Shown one piece after another: positions 33,208-43,900 of a DNA stretch of 64,000 bases. This DNA comes from a virus (Duplodnaviria > Caudoviricetes): positions 64,001 through 128,000 of the IMG/VR virus record IMGVR_UViG_3300019378_000951. One strand, 5' to 3'. The translations under genes and the position numbers were made by a program. The notes beneath the pieces were generated by a model. That model did no database searches, was not told the DNA's origin, and saw nothing but the letters and a program-made list of their open reading frames with translations. Numbering within the stretch: the stretch's first letter is position 1; each line of letters begins with the position of its first letter.

Positions 33208-36200
33208 ATGTCAGCAATTAATGGTTATATTACAAATAACCAACTTGAATATTTTAGAGAATCATTAAAGCAAGTATATGCAACAAAATCAGAAGTATAT
33301 AATAAAATTGAAATTGATACTAATTTTTTAAGAAAAGGCGAAGCTACAGTTCCAGTAGAACATTCTCACAATCCAGTAACTGAAATCCAAGATGGTTTTA
33401 TGAAAAAAGAGGATAAAGTTAAATTGAATGGTATTGCAGCTAATGCTAATAAATACGTTCATCCAGAAAATCATCCAGCTTCAATGATAAAACAAGACGA
33501 CAACCATAGATTTGTTACACAAACTCAATTAAACTTAATTGATAGTAAATATAAAATTGAAAGCTTACCTAATGATGAATATAATATCAGACTTAGAGAA
33601 GGTAATATCGATTTAAACACGCTATATCTACTTACAGGTGTAGCTGAAAATAAAGATGCTATAGTTGGTATATATTTTGGAGAATTGCCATATTTAGGGG
33701 GATACTTACCCAGATACATCCCTGTAGAACGCGTAGTACTAGATAAAATACGCTTCAATGTAGAGGCAGGGTTTGAAACTTGGATTGGAGCTAGCGTCCA
33801 TCCAAGTAATTCTAGTTTTCGTATGCTAGATTATGAAATACAAAATAAAGAAATAATATCGATAAATAGATATGGTAAAATTAAAGGTCTTAAAAAAGGA
33901 CACACATTTGTAACAATTAGAGCTAAAGATAATCCTGCAGTTTTCGAGACAATATCTGTTACGGTAAGTAAAACAATTGCAGATAGTATGGAAATTAATG
34001 AACCTGAATCGCTTGATGTAACAGTTGGATGTTCTGTACCAGTAAAAGTTGAAATAACACCGTCAGGTATTAATAATAAACTATATTGGGTAACATCAGA
34101 TAGACGTACTGCTATTATTGATTACAATGGAGTTGTAACAGGACTAACTCCTGGAAATTGTTATATAACTGGATATACTACCGACGGTACTGCATTAAAA
34201 GATTCATTATTAATAAATGTGATAGAAAAAATTATATATTCTGAAAATTTAATAATAAATAATTTAAAAACTGAGTTATTTGTTGGAGATTTTTATAAGT
34301 TAGATTATACTATTATTCCTGATAACGTTAGTAATAATAAAATTAAATTATTTTCAAGTAATACTGATATCTTGGATGTAAACAGTGATAATAGTACTTT
34401 ACATGCAAAATCAATTGGCGATGTATTATTAAATATAAAAACTGCTGATGGAAAAGTAAATTATGGAAATTTAAAAATAAAAGTACGTAAACCTATAATT
34501 CTCGCTGAAAGTGTTGAGCTGCAACCACTAGATAATAAATATTTAGGAGATATATTTGATATTTTTTATAATATTTTCCCTATAAACGCAGATAACTACA
34601 AAGAATATTTAGAAATTGAATGCGATTCAAATCAGATTGAAAAAATATGTGATAATGGAGAATATAGGTTTATTGCAATAAACCCTGGCTCTGCAAAAAT
34701 TAAAATTACAATAACTGATGAAAATGATAATTTTTTATGTTCAGATATTAAAAATATTGAAATACTAGGAAAAGACATTGAAGTGCCTGTAACATCAATT
34801 AAAATTATAGATAAATTAATAATAAATAAAGATGAGCGACCAACAGTTAAACTAAATTGTGCTATTGAACCTGTCGTTGCTACAAACAAACAAGTTTATT
34901 GGAGAAGTAGCAATGATACAGTAGTTTCAGTTGATTCAGAAGGTGTTTTAACTGCAAAATCATATGGGGTAGCAACAATTACATGTTATTCAGTGTATGG
35001 TAATTTTAGTTCTAGCTGTATTGTAACAGTAACTGGTACAGAGGTTCCAGTATCAACTGTATCACTGCTTATAAATGAAAATTATAAAAAAATATTAGTC
35101 AACGAACAATACAAACTACCGGTAGTGGTATATCCGGCGGATGCCTGTAATAAAAAATTAAAATATAAATCAAGTAATAATACTATAGCTACTGTCCTTG
35201 AAGATGGAACTATAATAGGACTGACGAAAGGTGTATGTGAAATTACTGCAACCAGTGAATCTGACTTAACAAAAAGTGTATCTTGTACTGTAACTGTTGT
35301 TGAAAATATTAACGATGTATTAGCTCATATTATTAGAATAGAAAATCAATTATTAAACGTGATTAAAGATAAAAAATTGCAATTAAGAATTAAAATACTG
35401 CCTACAGATACTACCGATCAAGAAATATTATGGAGCACATCAAATAATTTAGTTGCCGTGGTTGATAAAAATGGTTTAGTATTTGGACGTTCAGAAGGTA
35501 GTTGTTATATACGAGCTTATAACAAAGCCAGTAACATTGAAACTACCGTCGAAATAAATGTAATTTCAGAAGATGATGATTCTAGTATAGGTAGTGTTTC
35601 ACTGTTAAATGGATATACAAAAAAATGTTCAGCATACAATATTTTTAGTCAAGATTTTAAAACAGTTCCATCATCATTAGCTGAAACTCTGAATCCTTTA
35701 TCTACAGAATCAGATTATCCATTTGTGGCTGGTGTTAATGGTAATACAGTTATATGTCAAAATGTAGATGGTTTTACAATAATTAGAAGTAAATTTGAAA
35801 ATAATAAAAGCACTAATTTACATTTATTTGTAAACGATAGTGGAACTTATCTTAAAGATTTTAATGTAGTTCCAAGTGTGGTAACAATATTAGAAGGGGA
35901 AACTGTCAAATTAAGATTCCAATGCGACCCTTATAACTTTGCACTTGACGAAAATTCTTTAATTTATGATATTGTTAAAAATGATGATAATGATAAAGAC
36001 GTAATCAAAATAGAAGATGGTAATATTACAGGAATAACAGAAGGAATTGTTTCTATTTTTATAACATATGATGCTTTGGATAATGACCCTATAACAACTT
36101 CCGCAACTATTCGTGTTGTGAATAAAGATACAATGTATGAAAATTATGACATTATAGTTAGTGGCAATATTGCTACTATCTATAACGATGATTATTTTGA

Positions 36201-37233
36201 ACGTTATTTACTTTACTCTGAATTACCATATGATGTTAATGAACGAGACTATATTAAACTGGATGATAATGGTGTTACTAAATATTTAAGATTAACTAAT
36301 CAATATAGCAGGTCGCTATTTAAAATAGGTGATGGGAAACAACCTACATCAGGATTTTCAACTAATTTAATACCTAGATACAATTTTAGATATGGCAATA
36401 TTAGAAAAATTACTTTTAAAAATCAATATCTTACAGAAGGTTTAGTTGATACAGCTAGAAACGAACTATCAAGAATTAATAGTAATTTTAAGTTAATAGA
36501 AGATGAAAATTCTAAAAATATTGTAGAAGAAGACAGATATGCTGATACATGGAATGGATTAACTGAAAGTACTGTTAATAAATATGGTTTTGTTGATACG
36601 TTTAATATGTATATAAATCGCCAAAATTTTGAAATTAATGACGATAATACAAATATACTTAAAAATATTACACTTCATGAGTTTTTACATGTATTAGGAT
36701 TTGATGACTTAGACGATGTAGATCAAAATGAATTAAATGTAAATACAATATTATCGTATTATAGAGACAAATTAGTTTGTAACACTTTACAGCCTACAGA
36801 TGTTTATACATTATTAGACATGTATGGTCTTGAATCAGATATAACGGATTTACAATTAGGAAGCGGTTATAAAATTAGTAGTACTAAACTAGTTGGAGGG
36901 GATAACGATATGTTAAGAACAGTCTCATTCAGTTATGATGCTATTCCTGATTATTTATTAAGTGAAAAATCAGATATTGTTGTAATTGGATTTGCTGATA
37001 AAATTGAAACTAAAAAAATAAATATCAGCGGATCTAGAATAATGGAATATGACGTAGTTACATTCTTAATAAGTGAAGTTGAAAAAGGTAGAGTCGATAA
37101 TACTATAGAAGTAAAATTCCCAGTGGATAAAGTTAATATTGATTTAGGTGAGAACTATTTACTTTATTTAAAAGACTATGGTAAAATTCCAGCTTCACCA
37201 TTAAATTTAACTAACGCTATAAAAAAATTGTAG
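33208..37233 (+). CDS. Virion fibre/decoration protein with Ig-like (Big_2) repeats and a C-terminal zinc metallopeptidase motif
   Basis: GFMKKEDKVKLNGIAANANKYVHP fibre repeat; several (W/Y)xSSNxxVAxVDxxGxxxG Ig repeats; HEFLHVLGFDD. Confidence 0.75.
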   Translation: MSAINGYITNNQLEYFRESLKQVYATKSEVYNKIEIDTNFLRKGEATVPVEHSHNPVTEIQDGFMKKEDKVKLNGIAANANKYVHPENHPASMIKQDDNHRFVTQTQLNLIDSKYKIESLPNDEYNIRLREGNIDLNTLYLLTGVAENKDAIVGIYFGELPYLGGYLPRYIPVERVVLDKIRFNVEAGFETWIGASVHPSNSSFRMLDYEIQNKEIISINRYGKIKGLKKGHTFVTIRAKDNPAVFETISVTVSKTIADSMEINEPESLDVTVGCSVPVKVEITPSGINNKLYWVTSDRRTAIIDYNGVVTGLTPGNCYITGYTTDGTALKDSLLINVIEKIIYSENLIINNLKTELFVGDFYKLDYTIIPDNVSNNKIKLFSSNTDILDVNSDNSTLHAKSIGDVLLNIKTADGKVNYGNLKIKVRKPIILAESVELQPLDNKYLGDIFDIFYNIFPINADNYKEYLEIECDSNQIEKICDNGEYRFIAINPGSAKIKITITDENDNFLCSDIKNIEILGKDIEVPVTSIKIIDKLIINKDERPTVKLNCAIEPVVATNKQVYWRSSNDTVVSVDSEGVLTAKSYGVATITCYSVYGNFSSSCIVTVTGTEVPVSTVSLLINENYKKILVNEQYKLPVVVYPADACNKKLKYKSSNNTIATVLEDGTIIGLTKGVCEITATSESDLTKSVSCTVTVVENINDVLAHIIRIENQLLNVIKDKKLQLRIKILPTDTTDQEILWSTSNNLVAVVDKNGLVFGRSEGSCYIRAYNKASNIETTVEINVISEDDDSSIGSVSLLNGYTKKCSAYNIFSQDFKTVPSSLAETLNPLSTESDYPFVAGVNGNTVICQNVDGFTIIRSKFENNKSTNLHLFVNDSGTYLKDFNVVPSVVTILEGETVKLRFQCDPYNFALDENSLIYDIVKNDDNDKDVIKIEDGNITGITEGIVSIFITYDALDNDPITTSATIRVVNKDTMYENYDIIVSGNIATIYNDDYFERYLLYSELPYDVNERDYIKLDDNGVTKYLRLTNQYSRSLFKIGDGKQPTSGFSTNLIPRYNFRYGNIRKITFKNQYLTEGLVDTARNELSRINSNFKLIEDENSKNIVEEDRYADTWNGLTESTVNKYGFVDTFNMYINRQNFEINDDNTNILKNITLHEFLHVLGFDDLDDVDQNELNVNTILSYYRDKLVCNTLQPTDVYTLLDMYGLESDITDLQLGSGYKISSTKLVGGDNDMLRTVSFSYDAIPDYLLSEKSDIVVIGFADKIETKKINISGSRIMEYDVVTFLISEVEKGRVDNTIEVKFPVDKVNIDLGENYLLYLKDYGKIPASPLNLTNAIKKL

Positions 37234-37285
37234 GAATATAGAAAATTTTCAAAAAAATAAGGATGGATTATTCCATCCTTATTTT

Positions 37286-38077
37286 TTATTCTTCTTCATA
37301 TTCCATATCTTTCAACCAATGTAAAAACGCACTATCTACTTCCTTGGCAACTTTCTCTATACATTCCTTAAATCCTTCCTTATATGGAATCCATAGACCT
37401 CTATTCTCTAATATATCTAATGAAAATACTGACATACATCCATTTGGAATATCGTGACGCATATCACGATTTATATATTCTATATAATCTATATAATCAT
37501 GAACTTCGCGATAATCTTCATCACGTGTATAACCAATACTATTCAATGCGTTTCTTGCATTGTCTATAAATTTGGCAACTTCATTTTCATCTAGCTCCGC
37601 TATAGATTTATCAACCTTAGCTCCAGTTTCAGGATCTGAAGCCCAATCTTCATAATCATATTCATCTCTCCATGGATAATGTCCGAAAAGTTCATTGCCC
37701 CATTCTTTACATTTTTCAAATATATCATTTTCTTCTTTCCACGCGTTGTATATAACTTCAAGATCTTCTTTTTCTTGCTCTATTGCTAAAACTTTATCTA
37801 AAACTTTATCATGCTCAATATTGTATTCTTTATATTCCTTTTCTAATCTAGTTAGTTCTTCATCGCTTAGAACTATAGGTTTAGGTACTTCTTCTACCCA
37901 TTCTTCTTTTTCTTTGTCATAATACGTAAATTTCCAATTTCTATTGCAAGGAAGTTTATTCCATTCATCATTATATTCTGGGTATTGTCCTACCATTTCT
38001 AATCTTCTACTTTCTATTGCTTTAAATCTTTCATCAAATTTTATATATTCATTTCTTAATTCATCATAATTTTTCAT
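37286..38077 (-). CDS. Hypothetical acidic protein
   Basis: 263-aa ORF with GGAGGT RBS. Confidence 0.65.
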   Translation of the reverse strand: MKNYDELRNEYIKFDERFKAIESRRLEMVGQYPEYNDEWNKLPCNRNWKFTYYDKEKEEWVEEVPKPIVLSDEELTRLEKEYKEYNIEHDKVLDKVLAIEQEKEDLEVIYNAWKEENDIFEKCKEWGNELFGHYPWRDEYDYEDWASDPETGAKVDKSIAELDENEVAKFIDNARNALNSIGYTRDEDYREVHDYIDYIEYINRDMRHDIPNGCMSVFSLDILENRGLWIPYKEGFKECIEKVAKEVDSAFLHWLKDMEYEEE

Positions 38078-38121
38078 ATATCATTACCTCCTATAAATTT
38101 AAAAAAATTAGAACATAGGTT

Positions 38122-38538
38122 TTACCCTATGTTCTTGTTTAATCTTTCTCTTAATTTTATTATATCTTTTTGGTCTTTTTCTCTATTCAGATATTCTTTC
38201 ATTTTTAAAATATCTTCTAGTTTTTGACATGCTATTCCTTTTTCTATTGTTATTATTCCTTCGTCTAATTTTTCTCCTTTGTCAAAGAATTCCACTTCTC
38301 CAAATTCAGTTTCTATAGTTCCTCTTCTTTCTTTCCACGCTTTTCCCCATCCGCCATTTTCAGCGTCTGCTCTCTTCATCATTCTTTCAAAAGCTTCTGT
38401 TGTTAATCCTACATCTAAATCATGAGTTTCTTCTCTTAAATCATGTATTAACATACTTCCACCCATGTATATGAAGTATTCTCCTACTTCTAATCCTAAT
38501 CCTTTTATTGTTTTTACTGCTTCTTCTAATTTGAACAT
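38122..38538 (-). CDS. Minimal nucleotidyltransferase-fold protein
   Basis: GGS...ETHDLDV (hG[GS]..DhD) and C-terminal K..LNREKDQKD. Confidence 0.65.
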   Translation of the reverse strand: MFKLEEAVKTIKGLGLEVGEYFIYMGGSMLIHDLREETHDLDVGLTTEAFERMMKRADAENGGWGKAWKERRGTIETEFGEVEFFDKGEKLDEGIITIEKGIACQKLEDILKMKEYLNREKDQKDIIKLRERLNKNIG

Positions 38539-38611
38539 AATACTACCTCCACATTTAATTTTATTTTTACTTCACAAAAATAATATATATTTTAAAAATA
38601 TTATATTACGA

Positions 38612-40298
38612 TCAATCTATATAATTATCTATATCTATTTCAACTATTTTTAATGTTAAGTCATGGAATGCTTTAAGTGCTATATTAAGTATTCTAGACG
38701 CTATACGATTTGTAAGTATTCCAACATTTTCTATACCTAACATATAATATAACTCACCAAAACATTTACTGCAATATTTATCACCTTTACAATATAATGG
38801 GGATCTAAATTTAACAGTTTTACCGATATAGTCTTTTATATTTTCAGGAGTTAATAATACAAGTTTTTTACCTTCAATTATATATCTGTATTGGAAGAAT
38901 TTAGTTAAATCTTTAGTAAGAGTTAATTCAAGATAACCATTAGAACCACAATCGCTTCCAGGTTCATCTAACTGACATCCTTGAAATGCTGCCATAAGTT
39001 TTTTACCTTCATATCCCATAGTGTTAACCTATACATTTCTGTATAGCTCAGGCTATATCTTCACCATTTCTGGTGCTTCCCATTTCCACTCGTTAGAGTG
39101 TACTCTACTCCCTTATTAACGGTTTCGATAGTCGTTGAACCTTCCTATCTCTAGGCTTGGCTGCTGATTGTCCTATTAGGATTTTCCAGCAATTAAGAAA
39201 GTTTATAGAGAGCCGATAAATTTTGATCCCTCTCGAGTACCAATTGCACGGTTATAAGAAGCTTGAGTTATAAGGTCGGCATATGCCGCAAATTCTTCTT
39301 GAGGTATACCATCTACTAATGATTTAGTACTTATAGTTATTTTATCATCACTAAGATGACGAATTGCACCCATTATGTTAATCGTATTTCGCAAAAATAC
39401 GTTCGCTATACATTTCTGTATAGATCAGACTATATCACAATCTTTTCAGATTTTGCTTATTTCCATTTAAGGGATTTTCACCCACCGCATCAACTTCGGC
39501 CGTACTCCTATTGCTTATTTCAAAGCCAAAGGGATAGTCGTTGAACCTTCTTCTATTGAAGCTTGGCTGCTGATTGTCCTTATAGGATTTTCCAGCAATT
39601 AAAGCAATTTGCTTAATATATTTCTATACTAAGGCGCAGTGTTGTTTACGCATTACTGTAGAGTTTTTATAGTTATTTCCATAAGACCCCCTACATCCAC
39701 TATCGTATATTTGCTGATCTGGTATATATTGGACTGTCTCTTTAGCTAATCCAAGTAATTCTTTTTCCATTTTATCCGCAACTAATACATTTCCTGCTTC
39801 TAATTCTTTTGCATATTGCTTTGATAGTTCAGCTTTTCTTTTTTCAACATTTTCAGGTGGTATTAATAAATCTATTGTAAGAGCTGCATTCATAAACTTA
39901 GCTGTAGCAAATCCAAAATATTGAACTCTATCTATATATTCTGCCATATCTTCAGATGTTATTTTATCAGTAAGTAAGTATTTAGACATAAGATCATCTA
40001 AATCTCCTATGCCACCTTTACCCATTGTCATATTTTGATACCCTAGTTTCTTTAATAAATTTTCTCCTAAAGCATATTTATTAAATATGAGTCTTCCAAC
40101 TGTAGTTTCTTCTTTATTTTTATTATAAAACTCGTTAGGATTTAATGTAAATTCATCAAATGGCTGAAATTTAGGATTTTGATCTTTTCTATATGCAAAT
40201 AAATCTTTTAAAAGATTTAAATCTATATCTTTTTCTTTTAATGAAAGTAAATATTCTTTTTCTTTAGCCGTTATTTGTCTTGCAACTTCTTTAGCCAT
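38612..40298 (-). CDS. rpoC: Phage RNA polymerase beta'-like C-terminal subunit, spliced: complement(join(38612..39016,39227..39370,39648..40298)), about 399 aa
   Basis: TTVGRLIFN, SGCRGS, MR|GA, bridge helix TREG|GYEGKKL, DCGS, Zn site RSPLYC...CSKCFG, trigger-loop end LKAFH; second junction is non-canonical. Confidence 0.85.
39017..39226 (-). ncRNA. Group I intron B of RNAP beta' (about 210 nt, boundaries uncertain by 1 nt)
   Basis: Core nearly identical to the beta introns; S element reads AAGATATAGCC; ends AACACTATG. Confidence 0.82.
39371..39647 (-). ncRNA. Group I intron A of RNAP beta' (277 nt, no ORF)
   Basis: P1 GCGT/GCGC, P10 CACT/GGTG; core elements; ends AACATAATG; removal restores MRG. 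Confidence 0.9.
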
Positions 40299-40394
40299 AT
40301 TAATTTCTCCTTTCGGTTTAATTCATATGTGTTTGTTTCTAATAAATTTCCAAAAAAAATAGTACCTTAAAAAGGTACTATTTTAAAGATGAAA

Positions 40395-40826
40395 TTACCA
40401 TCCAGTAATTTCATCTAATTCAAATCTAGCTACTCCGTCATTAGTTATCATTGCATCAAATTTCCAAGTTCCGCCATTTTTAACATTATTAGCATTAGCA
40501 AAAGCTGTTCCTACAACATTATCGTTTGCATCATATAATGTAAATGAAATTTGCATATAATCCATATCTTTTCCTGTATTATTCTTAACAACACCGACAA
40601 TATGATCCCAATATCCATCGTTATAACAATAAGGATTTTCTGTAAATATATATTCTGGTTCTTCAGCTACAGGTTCTTCATATTCTTGTTCTACTCCTGG
40701 TTCTGGTTGATAACCTACTTCTTGATCAATTTCGTCGTCAACACAAGATGCAGCTAATACACATAATAATACAAATCCCCCTACTAATATACAAGCTCCT
40801 TTAACTAATTTTCCTAATAATTTCAT
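40395..40826 (-). CDS. FxLYD-domain membrane/lipoprotein
   Basis: N-terminal hydrophobic helix, LAASC; GVVKNNT...ISFTLYDANDNVVG. Confidence 0.75.
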   Translation of the reverse strand: MKLLGKLVKGACILVGGFVLLCVLAASCVDDEIDQEVGYQPEPGVEQEYEEPVAEEPEYIFTENPYCYNDGYWDHIVGVVKNNTGKDMDYMQISFTLYDANDNVVGTAFANANNVKNGGTWKFDAMITNDGVARFELDEITGW

Positions 40827-40986
40827 ATGGCGTTACCTCCCATTTAAATATAATTTTTTATTACACATTTATAATATATATTTTATTTTTTCTTTAAGAT
40901 TTTGTATGTTCCACGAACAATAAAAATTATATTTACATATTATATTTTTGACATAATAAAAATTATAATTTTAGGAGGGGTTTTAT

Positions 40987-43900
40987 ATGAAGAATAGTTT
41001 ATATATTGTATATGGCGGTTTATGGAATAAAGATGATAACTGCTTTGCTCATCCTAATGATATAGCAATAACTACATTTAAAAACAGAGAAAAAGCTGAA
41101 GCTTGTGTTGATAAACTTTTAGAAAGCTATATGAGAATGAAATCATATAGTATGAACTATACAATTGAAGAAACCTATACAGAATGTAAACCTTTAAAAA
41201 CGTCTATAACTGATATAACTGATAAGCATGGTGATATAGTATTTTCAGTAGAAGTAGTTGAAGTTGATCTTAATAAAACTATATTATAGGGGGTAATTAT
41301 ATGAAACCATTAGTATGTATAGATAAAGTATCAAATGTTGAAGATATCTTTGAAGTAACAGGATCAGTTGTAATTTCTACAAACAATACAATTGAATGGA
41401 AATTATATATAGATGAAGAAAAAGAAGTTCTAAGTTCTAGAGGTTTAGATAATATAGATGATGACATAAAAGAAGTGGTATGTTATAGTGTTGCTGATTA
41501 TTTAAAATTAATGTATTAAGGAAGGTAGTATATATGAAAAAATGGTTAGATTTTGCTATAGATGTTTTAGTTGTAACTTTTATAATTTCTTTAATGAGCA
41601 TGATAATGATTGCTGTAGCTTGTTGTATTTATTGTATAATTGTATACTTATTACAACATTTAGTTGCATTTTTATCTACATTAATATTGTTAGGAGCTGG
41701 AAGTTTAATATACTATTATATTAAAAATTTTATAAAAAGATAGTATTATTTGGTACACAGCCACAAAAGATGATAATATTAGAATATTATAAATTTAGGA
41801 GGCTGTATTATGGGAGAATATATTTATAGAGCGCCAATAGTAATAGCTTTAGAAAAATTTGTAGTTGAAGAGACTAAAATTAATGTAAAAGGTTTGACAA
41901 TGGATGCAGTTACCATAAAATCATATTTTAAAAATCGTTTTACAGCCGAATTAAAAAATGTATGTCCTGAAGTAAGAAAAGAAATTGCGAGCATTTATGG
42001 AAAAGATATAGCTGAAATGGAGTTTCCCGTTGCAATGGTAATAGGAATTTGCGACGTTGAATGTATTTTTTCAGGAGATATGCTTATAGGAACTAAGTAT
42101 GACAGAATTAAAAATTACTCACTAACAACTGATGAAGTATGGAATATGCCACTTATGTTAGGCAATTTATGCGAAAATCATAATATTACATTACGACATT
42201 TAAAAGACGAAGAACTAGCAAAATTTATCCATGATGAGATAATTCGAATTTTTGTAGATAAAAATTTATAAAAACATTATAAACGTATATTATATGTATA
42301 ATAAAAATTAAATTATTGGGAGGTAAAAATTTATGATGGGACATGTTTATAAAGAAGGAGAAACTGGTAAAAAGGTAACATTTGTATTTGGGAAATTATA
42401 TGATATAGATGAAGATGGAAGAGCTATATATAGAGAAGATATCAATGTATTTAAATTTATGCTTTTAACTTATTTAGGTTCTTTAACATTAGGTAAAAAA
42501 GGATATCTTAAATTATATGAATTTGTAAATGTAGAAAAAGATAATTAAGATTAATATAAAATTAAATTTAATGGAGGTATTTTGTATGGGAATAAATGAT
42601 AAAGTTAAAGTTGTTAAGAATAATGATAAATTTAATGGTAGAGTTGGAACTATAATAGAAGCTAGAAATTTTATACACACTCCAGTAACATTATTCAAAG
42701 TTAAATTTGAAGATGGATTAACTAAAGAATATTTCTATTGTGATATAGTTAAGATTCACTAGGAGGTGCCATTATGAAGAATGATATCATTGCAATCTTA
42801 GCAATTTATGGCGGATACAGAATTATCAAAGATGTGTGTATCTATTTTTATCAAAAAAATTATGCAAAAGACACTCCACAGAATAATAAACGTTATAAAA
42901 GAACACTACTAAAAGATTATGGTAAAGTAATAGAATTTAAAAAGTATAAAAAGTAATGCCTACAACTGAATATTTAAGCCAAAGCTTTTAACCTTAGGCT
43001 TTGGCTTTTTTTATAAATCGTATTTATAAAAATTATAAATGTATAATATATCTGTGAATAAAAATAAAATAATGAAAAGGAGATAATATAGTATGAATGA
43101 TTTATACCTAATACAAAACAAATTAGAACCAGTTGCATATTTAGAAGACAAAATAGAAACTCAATTATTTGGTAATATTTACAATGTATATTTAGAAGTA
43201 AAGTGTCCTCATTGCAACGCGCCATTAATAGCGATTAAAGATATAGATGTAGATAATATACCTATACATTTACCATTAACAGGTTGTAGTAACATATTTT
43301 GTAATGATTATATACTTAAATTAATATAACTGCCCGTATTTATAAGAATTATAAATATATACTATACCTGTGAATAAAGATAAAATATTATCTTTATTTA
43401 AGACAAATCATATAAAAACATTCGACAAAAATTGCTAATACACAAAAGATAAGATTAAATAAAAATATAAAAATTAAATTAAATTTGTGGAGGTATTTTT
43501 ATGTTATATGTATTAGTTAATAAAGTTAATGGAATGTATTTTGAAAGAGAAAATCAATATATGGTATGTCAAGAAACTAATGAATTTATAAATGCTAAAA
43601 CTTATAAAGATAGAAAAGCTGCAATGTATGATGCAACATTCTTAAAAAATGACTATAAAGTAATAGGATTTAACGATGTACAAGTTAAAAAATTAGTTCT
43701 AAATTAATACTAGAACTAAATTAAAATAAATTAATAAATAGGGGGTAGTATTATGAGTCAAGATTTCTATAAATTAACTGAGGAAGCAAGAATGGCATAT
43801 GAAGATATAATAAATGATATGTTACAAAGTGTAGCTAATAATGAAACATTCACAGTAACAATAAGAAATTTATGCACCCAAGCATTAAAAAATAATTGGG

